A stretch of 64,000 nucleotides of DNA from Pyrinomonadaceae bacterium (lineage in GTDB: Bacteria; Acidobacteriota; Blastocatellia; Pyrinomonadales; Pyrinomonadaceae), in NCBI GenBank assembly GCA_046313635.1, contig JBKBYA010000007.1, forward strand, positions 101,030 through 165,029, read 5' to 3'. Each line of letters opens with the position of its first letter. Positions within the stretch are counted from its first letter, which is position 1. This document shows, one piece after another, positions 1-7,145 of this stretch. The notes beneath the pieces were generated by a model, which ran no database searches, had not been told where the DNA came from, and saw only the letters and a program-made list of their open reading frames with translations. The position numbers and the translations under genes were made by a program.

Positions 1-215
1 CAGGTGACGCCTTCTTTTCCGATGAAGAATTCGAGCTGAACGCGGTGGCGATCGATGAAGCGTTCGCCGAGGTAACGTCGGCCCTGACGGAAACGACCCG
101 TGCGATCGTCATGCCCGAAGCCGGCCTTGGCACCGGACGCGCCGAACTCGCCAAACGAGCGCCGCGCACCTTCGCTCACTTGGAGGCTCGGTTGAAGTTG
201 CTCGAAAGACTGTAG
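1..215 (+). CDS. 3' end of a hypothetical protein with a macro-domain-like loop (partial)
   Basis: Frame 3 is open from the window edge to TAG 213-215: ...AIVMPEAGLGTGRAELAKRAPRTFAHL...; not in the ORF track. Confidence 0.6.
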   Translation, partial: GDAFFSDEEFELNAVAIDEAFAEVTSALTETTRAIVMPEAGLGTGRAELAKRAPRTFAHLEARLKLLERL

Positions 216-375
216 CTGCCTGACGCCCGCACGTGTTCCTCAAAGTGTCGCGACTCCAACTTGAAAGGGATTTTCGAGCCTGAATGAAAGTGATTTTCAT
301 TCGGGGCGTGGAAAGCGCTGGCCCCCAAACAACGAGCGTTTTCACCCGGTGCAATCCGGGGCAGATGAGGAAGTT

Positions 376-1998
376 ATGGCCGAACAATTGAACATCGAAC
401 AGCTTAGAAAATTCACCCCGCAGAACGCGATTCTCGCTTTCTCGCCGGTCAACACCGGGTCGCCGATGCAGGACTGGTGCGCCCATCTCGGGAACTACCC
501 GATGCGCCGCATGGAACTCGAGGAGTTCGCGATCCTCGGCGACGTCGTTGTACGGATCGCCGACGAACTCGAACCGGAGCCGGTCGATCGCGTCCGGATA
601 ATGTCGCTCGAATATGCCGTGCGGGTGCTCGGCGATGAGGAAAACGGACGCGAGTTCGTTCGCTGCGTGAAAGCGATCGCGAGCCCCGACGCGGGTCAGT
701 TCGAGTACGAGCAGATCGCGGCGTATTACTACGGCGAGATCCGCAGGCGGAATGTGAGCGATGTGCTCAAGGAAATGGGAATTCTCGGGATGCAGCTCGA
801 AGCCGTCGCCGCGACCATCCCGGACCGCGAGATCTCCTTCGAGGAGTTCGACCGCCCTGATCAGAAGCTGACGGTCGCCGACCAGCGGCGGGTGAAGGAA
901 GCGGCAAAACTTCAGAAGCCGCTGCCTCCACGCGCGTCGATCTTCGACGATGAGATGAAGGCGGTCCTCGCGCGTGTCGGATGCCAAAAGGCGAGCCGCA
1001 TGATCCACGACGAACTAGCCGCCTTCTACCTCGAAGACGGTGACAAATCCGTCGAGGAACTCGATCGCGACTTCCTCACATTCGAGAACCTGGACCAATA
1101 CGACGAAAACGGGATCATCGGCCTCACGATGAACAGCGGTCAACGCTCCGTGGTGGTATTCGATCTCGATTGCGAGGTGGACGCGTCGTGCCTTCCGCCC
1201 GAGACCGGTCACCTGGCGTCCGAGGTGGGAAGGCTGTTCGTCGGCCACGCGATGGGCTCGAAGTCGGTCCAGAACGGACGCAGGATGATCGGTTGCGCCG
1301 GATCGCCGATGCCGTCGAATCACCCGTTCACCGATCAGGAGTTCGAGGAGTGGATGTCGCTGTCGCTCGACCGGATCTACGATCGCAGGGTTGTGCGTTC
1401 GGGACGTCGATTGTTCACCCTCGGGAAGGGTTCGGTCGTTGAATTAGCGGTCGAACAGGAGGTCAACCCCGAATACGAGGAGATGCAATACGCCGCCGCT
1501 GTGCTGAGGCTACTGTGGCGACGTCAGTACGCGGACTTCCACCTGCGCAGCCTCCGTCGCGAAACCTATCAGGACGCGTACCTCGCCCTCCGCGAAACCT
1601 CCGACACGGCGGACGTGGCGGCGATCAAGAAGCGGGCATACTCGGATTTCAAGGAGCGTAACAAGCTCTCCCTAAAGGAGTTCACGGCGCTCAACACCGT
1701 CGCGAAATCGCAGGAGGCCCGGCTGCGCGACCGCATCACGCCAGCGGCGAAGCAATGGCTTCGAAAGATCGAGAAGGCGACGGCCGGCGGCGTTCGGTTT
1801 CTCAAGTTCGCGCTCTACAACGACGCTGAGGCTAAAGCTCTGACCCGTCAGGAGAAGCAGCGACTTTGGGACGCGGTGCGCACCCGCGAGGCGGAGATCA
1901 ATGTACAGAGCAGCGCCAGCACCTCTCATCATCAGCCGAACCTTTTCCCGCAGCCCGCGACCCAGAGACGCTACGTTCAAGTCGTCCACGCGGCCTGA
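376..1998 (+). CDS. Large hypothetical protein of the leading region; C-terminal QPNLF
   Basis: 540-aa ORF; ATG 376 follows GAGGAAG; no recognisable family. Confidence 0.75.
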   Translation: MAEQLNIEQLRKFTPQNAILAFSPVNTGSPMQDWCAHLGNYPMRRMELEEFAILGDVVVRIADELEPEPVDRVRIMSLEYAVRVLGDEENGREFVRCVKAIASPDAGQFEYEQIAAYYYGEIRRRNVSDVLKEMGILGMQLEAVAATIPDREISFEEFDRPDQKLTVADQRRVKEAAKLQKPLPPRASIFDDEMKAVLARVGCQKASRMIHDELAAFYLEDGDKSVEELDRDFLTFENLDQYDENGIIGLTMNSGQRSVVVFDLDCEVDASCLPPETGHLASEVGRLFVGHAMGSKSVQNGRRMIGCAGSPMPSNHPFTDQEFEEWMSLSLDRIYDRRVVRSGRRLFTLGKGSVVELAVEQEVNPEYEEMQYAAAVLRLLWRRQYADFHLRSLRRETYQDAYLALRETSDTADVAAIKKRAYSDFKERNKLSLKEFTALNTVAKSQEARLRDRITPAAKQWLRKIEKATAGGVRFLKFALYNDAEAKALTRQEKQRLWDAVRTREAEINVQSSASTSHHQPNLFPQPATQRRYVQVVHAA

Positions 1999-2014
1999 AA
2001 GTTGAATGGCAAAA

Positions 2015-2096
2015 CACGCCCGAAAGGAGCGGCGGCCAGGCGGCTAGCGAACAGGGTTCGAACCTCGACGTTGACCGGCCGTCGCTTTCGAGCGTG
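2015..2096. other. Long imperfect stem-loop upstream of ssb (candidate ssDNA promoter or ssi signal)
   Basis: CACGCCCGAAAG..GCGGCGGCC pairs with GGCCGTCGC-TTTCGAGCGTG. Confidence 0.55.
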
Positions 2097-2132
2097 GAAA
2101 GAAAACTAACCAAAAAGGAGCAAGAATCATCC

Positions 2133-2576
2133 ATGTCAGCGAATATCTCGATACTAGGAAACGCGGGACGCGATGCCAGCCTGCGATACTCGGAAAAAGG
2201 CACGCCGGTCGCGAGTTTCCCGATCGCCTCCAACTCGTTCAAGAGCGGCCCGGAAGGCCGCGTCCAGGCCACGCATTGGTTCAACGTCACCGCGTTCGGG
2301 AAGACGGCGGAAACGCTCGCCGCGCACGTGAAGAAAGGGACCTACCTCTTGGTCCATGGGCGGCTGTCGTTCAGCCCGTGGCTGACCGAAGGCGGCGACC
2401 CACGATCGGGCGCGGAGGTGGCTCTCTTCTCATTCGAATTCGTCGGTGGAAACCGAACCGACGTGCCGGAAAGCGGTGCCGCCGTACCCGATAATCCGGA
2501 GCTCGCCACACCGGCCTACACGGGTGAGATTGACGAACAATCGCACGTCGCGGAGCCTTTCGTCGATCAGTTCTAA
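2133..2576 (+). CDS. ssb: Single-stranded DNA-binding protein
   Basis: ILGNAGRDA..Y...GTPVASF, THWFNVTAFGKTAE, KKG..L.V.GRL motifs; AAGGAG RBS. Confidence 0.93.
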   Translation: MSANISILGNAGRDASLRYSEKGTPVASFPIASNSFKSGPEGRVQATHWFNVTAFGKTAETLAAHVKKGTYLLVHGRLSFSPWLTEGGDPRSGAEVALFSFEFVGGNRTDVPESGAAVPDNPELATPAYTGEIDEQSHVAEPFVDQF

Positions 2577-2627
2577 AAGACGAGTGTCTCGGGAGGACTC
2601 ACCTTCGTGACGATCGAATAGTGAATG

Positions 2628-2658
2628 GGGCATCGGAAATTTTCGGTGCCCTCTTTCT
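2628..2658 (+). terminator. Intrinsic terminator-like hairpin between ssb and rnhA
   Basis: GGGCATCGGA-AATT-TTCGGTGCCC followed by TCTTTCT. Confidence 0.45.
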
Positions 2659-2672
2659 GTGAGGAGCGGGTT

Positions 2673-3326
2673 ATGACCAACTCGAAGATCGTAAACGACA
2701 GCGGCCCCTCCCACGCGATCGGTACGTACACGCCGATCGTGTCGATCTACGCGGACGCTTCGTGCCTTCGGAACGGCTCGTCGGATCGATCTGCGGGCGG
2801 CGGGGCGGTGATCGTGGATCGCAACCGGGCCGAGTTGAAACTGTTATCGACTTACCTGGGGACGGTGACCAATCAGCAGGCCGAGATACTCGCGTGCACG
2901 ACCGCCCTTGAGGAACTTCGTCGGCCGTGCCGCGTCGAGATGTTCTCCGATTCCCGATACGTCGTCGACACGATGAACGGCAAGAATCGGATGAAGAGTA
3001 ACAGGTCTTTTTGGATGCAGCTGGTGCAGCAAAGCTACGGTCACCATGTAACCTGGCGGTGGGTGAAAGGGCATGACGGATTCTACCTTCAGGAGGCCGC
3101 CGACCGTCTAGCACGTGCTGCTTCAGCGACCGGAAAAGATTTGCTGCCAGAAGATCTCGAATTCCTGACCGAGCGTCTTGCGTTCGATGGGGATCAGCTA
3201 AGTATCAGGCCGTTCGAGATCGAGATCGAGAAGATAGTTGATCGGCATAGAGCGTTTTCGAGCACGAGCGTCGACAACCCGAAGTTCGGTGTGAAAGCGG
3301 AACCGCCCTCCGCATTCTCGTATTGA
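2673..3326 (+). CDS. rnhA: Ribonuclease HI with C-terminal extension
   Basis: YADASC, TNQQAE, SDSRYV, WVKGH and ADRLA motifs; acidic catalytic residues intact. Confidence 0.92.
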   Translation: MTNSKIVNDSGPSHAIGTYTPIVSIYADASCLRNGSSDRSAGGGAVIVDRNRAELKLLSTYLGTVTNQQAEILACTTALEELRRPCRVEMFSDSRYVVDTMNGKNRMKSNRSFWMQLVQQSYGHHVTWRWVKGHDGFYLQEAADRLARAASATGKDLLPEDLEFLTERLAFDGDQLSIRPFEIEIEKIVDRHRAFSSTSVDNPKFGVKAEPPSAFSY

Positions 3327-3340
3327 TCGAACCCGGGCGC

Positions 3341-3598
3341 TCACGCTTTCGATTTGCTCCAGTTTTTGAACGACCCGTCACGGTCGAACAGCAGATTGAG
3401 CGCGTACTCGACCACGTCGTCGTTGGTGATCTTCGTGCCCATTTGTTCGCTCGCGAATTGAAGATACTTCTTCAGCCTCTTGTCGGTTGCGCTAAGGATC
3501 TTCGCGTGCATCTTAATGTAATCGAGGCGGTTGATCTGCAGGATTGGGCGCTCCGGGTTGGATCTTGCCGGGCGGTTGTTATCGGGCATCGCTGTCAT
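3341..3598 (-). CDS. Small putative ribbon-helix-helix DNA-binding protein
   Basis: 85 aa, AAGGAG RBS, beta-helix-helix-like pattern, divergent from the mob genes. Confidence 0.6.
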   Translation of the reverse strand: MTAMPDNNRPARSNPERPILQINRLDYIKMHAKILSATDKRLKKYLQFASEQMGTKITNDDVVEYALNLLFDRDGSFKNWSKSKA

Positions 3599-3648
3599 AG
3601 AAATTGATCGGCTCCTTATCGGGTTTTCGTATCTCCGGAGAGTGGCCT

Positions 3649-3664
3649 TTCAAGTACCGTGCCA
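3649..3664 (-). promoter_or_regulatory. sigma54-like promoter (imperfect -12)
   Basis: TGGCACGGTACTTGAA (GG-N10-GA). Confidence 0.5.
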
Positions 3665-3769
3665 GCTCTGCGGATCTAAGCACCGAGGTGTAGTCAACGC
3701 GTCCCTTTCGGTGAATAAATGAGCCGCGGAAGCCGGTGTGTCGGAAACAACAAACAAGCTGCTCGTAAA

Positions 3770-3860
3770 CGTACGACAGGATAGACCGCGATCGGGGCCG
3801 CGTAATCCCTGCAACTCCGTGTGCGTGTGCGAATTACAAGTTGTAATCAAGATTACGAAC
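3770..3860 (-). other. oriT candidate; MOBP-type nic site with predicted nick between 3777 and 3776 on the minus strand
   Basis: Minus strand CTATCCTG^T at 3784-3776 matches the RP4-type YATCCTG^Y; inverted repeats ATTACAA-G-TTGTAAT (3833-3847) and GTAATC-AA-GATTAC (3843-3856). Confidence 0.65.
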
Positions 3861-3887
3861 CGGACCGCGGATCGTATCCCCCGACAG

Positions 3888-3903
3888 CGGCACGTGTTTT
3901 GCG
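3888..3903 (+). promoter_or_regulatory. sigma54-type promoter for the mobC-relaxase operon
   Basis: CGGCACGTGTTTTGCG (GG-N10-GC). Confidence 0.7.
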
Positions 3904-3980
3904 AATGTTCGCTTCGCGAGGCCGGTTTACGACCGTTGTTTAGCATCGGGTTGTGAGCTGTGCATTTCGATTCGGATCGC

Positions 3981-4628
3981 ATGAGAAAACGTGAACGCGA
4001 AAAGGTGATCGGCAAACTTGAAGGCCCGCCCGACGGTGAGCACGGGCGACCCTTGTGCGTACGGCCCTACCGGTCGGACGAGAAAATGCTCGACGAGATC
4101 ACCAAGGAAACGGGTGAGAGTCGGTCCGCTCTCGTCAGGCGGATGATCCGTTTCGCTTTGTCCGACCGGCACGAGCGTTTCGGTGCGAACCGGTGCCGGG
4201 ACAGGTTAGATCTGCTGATCGACCAGGGTCGCCGACGCGTCGCGGATTCCGAGCGTCTCGACGAGATCGTCGAACGGGTCGCCCGGCTTGAGGATCGGCA
4301 CGAGGCCATCTCGCGCGAAACGTCGATATTCTTGAGCGAACTCTACTCTTTATCGAGCCTGTCGGTGATGGTGATGAACATCCTTCTCACCAAGCTCGTG
4401 GAGATGACGGCCCCGCAGGGGACGAGCCACGAAAAGATTATCCTTGTCGCCGACGGGACGATGGCGAACCTTATCGCCAAATCCATCGCCGATTTCGAGA
4501 AATGCCTGGCCCACCACGGTATCGAAGCAGAGTGGGAGGATTCGGACGGTTTGTATCTCGCGACCAGGATAAAAGGGCTCGGCTCGGACCGTTCCGCAAA
4601 ACCTAAACCCGGCACCAATTCGAAATGA
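3981..4628 (+). CDS. Relaxosome accessory protein (RHH/MobC-like)
   Basis: N-terminal RHH-like LCVRP..SDEKMLDEI...GESRSALVRRMIRFAL; stop overlaps the relaxase start (ATGA). Confidence 0.7.
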   Translation: MRKREREKVIGKLEGPPDGEHGRPLCVRPYRSDEKMLDEITKETGESRSALVRRMIRFALSDRHERFGANRCRDRLDLLIDQGRRRVADSERLDEIVERVARLEDRHEAISRETSIFLSELYSLSSLSVMVMNILLTKLVEMTAPQGTSHEKIILVADGTMANLIAKSIADFEKCLAHHGIEAEWEDSDGLYLATRIKGLGSDRSAKPKPGTNSK

Positions 4629-7057
4629 GGATCGTCGCGAGCGTGCAGTCGAAGAGGGGAAGCTCGCGCGGGCTGGTGCATTACATAGCGCACAGCAAAC
4701 TGGACCCGGAACGCGAACCGCCTAATTCGCGTGAGCTTTTCAACGCATTCGCCGATCAACTCTCCGTCAAAAGCGCCAACAATTCCCTCAAGATCGGTGT
4801 CGCGAAGGACCGACCCACCAACGACGAGCTTCACCATCTCGTCCTGTCGTTTCGCGACGACGATTACCGACGGTTAGGGGCGAACGAAGCACGGCGCCGA
4901 AAAGCGGTAAAACAGATCGTCCGCGCAGCCATGAAAAGCCTCGAAGGGCACGCAAATGCGGATCGATTGCTGTGGACGGCCGCCATGCACCGGAACACCG
5001 CCAATCCACACGTGCACATCGCCTTACAAAAGCAATATTTCGCGAACGAATGCGAGAGACAGGCTTTGAGCCGGGTCCCGCGCGAAGCGCTCCCGCACTA
5101 CGTACGCCGCGATGCCGGAAAATCTCTTGTCCTCGGCTACCTGATCGAAGCCGCGGGCGAGAAGATGGACACGATCATCTTGCGCGAAAGTTCTCGACGT
5201 CGCGCCGAAAAGATGATCGCTCGGAGTGATGCTGCCGAAGATCGTTCAAGGCCCGGAGAGAGTATGAAAACGAAGGAGGAAATCGGCGGTCGTTTCGCAT
5301 CCGAACGAAATGTTTTGCGCGACGCGATCCTCGCCGAGTACGAGATCCGCCGGATCGACTCCCGCATCGACCGTCTGCTCGAACATGGCGACCGGATGCG
5401 GTTCACCGTCAGCGATCCGGTGAGGGGCGGAAAGATGAGGGTTTCGCTTCGGGAACTAGAAGCAAAAAGCTCCGACACGGAATCCGACCAGCACGCTGCT
5501 CCTTCGGTCCAGATAAAGACGATCCTGCGCAAGATGCTGGCGAGGGAGGACGCCTCGAGAATCCAGATCCAGACCGACTCCGCTGGTGTTCTCGAGCAAG
5601 CTGATCGAATCCGCTCCGAGTACCGTAAGACGGGCCGCAAACTTCCCCCGCCGTCACTCACGAAAGAGCAGCTCGATTTGCTCCAGGAACGATGCCTTGA
5701 AGGCGTCGAGATGCGGAGGTTCTCATACCTCGAAAGGGTCAGGAACGAGCTCGAAAGGGGGGGCGAGATCGCTCCGAGAAGCAAGTACGATCTGAGGTCG
5801 ATTATCGCCGAAAAAACTATCGCCGAACTTAGGGCTCACGCTCACGAAAAGGAGCACGCGGAGTTGAGAGCGAAGGGCTACTATCGACGCACCGATGTCG
5901 GAGGTGATCGCGCCGTGTCGATGGCGGAACTCGATCGCGACGAAAAGGAACGCGACGCCTCGGGCGGATCATTCTTTGCGAAGCTTAAAGACAAGTTCGT
6001 GCGTCGGTCGAACGAAACGAGGATCCGAGCGGGAGAACGCGACTCCGTGGATCCTCGACGCCTCATCATCTCCAAGCTGGGCGAGGAACTCGCCAACATT
6101 CAGAGGGGGAGAAAACTGGAGCTCAGCAAGGCGAAAACGCTCGAGAAGATTCTCACAGGAAGCTCGGAAGATCGCCCGACGGAAGGGCACTATTCCCCGC
6201 TCCAACTCGCGGAGGTGGAAGTGCTTTCGCTTCGACTCGGACAGAGAGCCGAGTACGAGAGTAGCTGGCAGAGTCAACGGCTCCTGGTCGAAGCCGCAGA
6301 CACGGACTGCTCAGCGTACCGCAGGCTGGCCAAGTCGGGCCCGACCGCGGACTTCGCCGCGCATAAGCTCCAAATGATTGCGGGGCGGGCCCTTGCAAGA
6401 GAGATCGTGGCGGATGTCGAAGTCGGTAAGGCCACGGAGGATCTGAAGGTTTTTCGCGATTCGTACCGGTTCCTGAGACATCCGGTTTCCGATCCCGAGT
6501 CCGGAGCGATCACGTATATGTGTCTCCACGATGTGGACTTGCCCCAGAGCGCCTCCCTGCTCGATCGCACGATGCACGAGTTGTTCGAAGACCGCGAACG
6601 CCGAACGCTCCGCCGAGCGGTCGAATCCCAGGCCAAGGAACGGGAGAAAACGTTGAAGGACGATCTCGCCCGGGCGACGGAGATCGCGAAGTCGGCGACG
6701 CGGGACGCCTCCGAATTCAAAAGCTATTCGATCCTGGGTTTGTTCGCCGAACCGTCTCACCGCCCGATCTTCACTTCCGGCGAGATCGCGATGCTGGAAC
6801 TGCGGATCGCGAACACCCGCAACGCGAGCGAGGCGAGTCACCTGCAAGCGGTTGTCGAATCCGCGAGCGAGACACCGCTCCGGTCACTCACCGATCTACT
6901 TCGAGATTTCGAGGGCAGCAGGCCGGTCGTAGCGGAAGATAAGAAGACGGAGCCAAAGGTGCACGACGACGCTGGTTTACGGGGACGCGAGCGAGTTCCC
7001 GAAACGAGGAGCGCTCACGACCCAACTCCACGGACTTTCCCCGAGCACGGTCGCTGA
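4625..7057 (+). CDS. HUH relaxase (MOBP-like)
   Basis: Motif I LVHYIA, motif II HHLVLSF, motif III AMHRNTANPHVHIAL. Confidence 0.9.
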   Translation: MRIVASVQSKRGSSRGLVHYIAHSKLDPEREPPNSRELFNAFADQLSVKSANNSLKIGVAKDRPTNDELHHLVLSFRDDDYRRLGANEARRRKAVKQIVRAAMKSLEGHANADRLLWTAAMHRNTANPHVHIALQKQYFANECERQALSRVPREALPHYVRRDAGKSLVLGYLIEAAGEKMDTIILRESSRRRAEKMIARSDAAEDRSRPGESMKTKEEIGGRFASERNVLRDAILAEYEIRRIDSRIDRLLEHGDRMRFTVSDPVRGGKMRVSLRELEAKSSDTESDQHAAPSVQIKTILRKMLAREDASRIQIQTDSAGVLEQADRIRSEYRKTGRKLPPPSLTKEQLDLLQERCLEGVEMRRFSYLERVRNELERGGEIAPRSKYDLRSIIAEKTIAELRAHAHEKEHAELRAKGYYRRTDVGGDRAVSMAELDRDEKERDASGGSFFAKLKDKFVRRSNETRIRAGERDSVDPRRLIISKLGEELANIQRGRKLELSKAKTLEKILTGSSEDRPTEGHYSPLQLAEVEVLSLRLGQRAEYESSWQSQRLLVEAADTDCSAYRRLAKSGPTADFAAHKLQMIAGRALAREIVADVEVGKATEDLKVFRDSYRFLRHPVSDPESGAITYMCLHDVDLPQSASLLDRTMHELFEDRERRTLRRAVESQAKEREKTLKDDLARATEIAKSATRDASEFKSYSILGLFAEPSHRPIFTSGEIAMLELRIANTRNASEASHLQAVVESASETPLRSLTDLLRDFEGSRPVVAEDKKTEPKVHDDAGLRGRERVPETRSAHDPTPRTFPEHGR

Positions 7058-7082
7058 ATCATCTTGGCTTCTCACAAGAAGT

Positions 7083-7098
7083 GGGCACGCGACTTGCT
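7083..7098 (+). promoter_or_regulatory. sigma54-type promoter
   Basis: GGGCACGCGACTTGCT (GG-N10-GC). Confidence 0.65.
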
Positions 7099-7145
7099 CA
7101 GGTGCCTCATCGCAGCGAAGTGGGAGATCGTCCCTTAACAACGGT

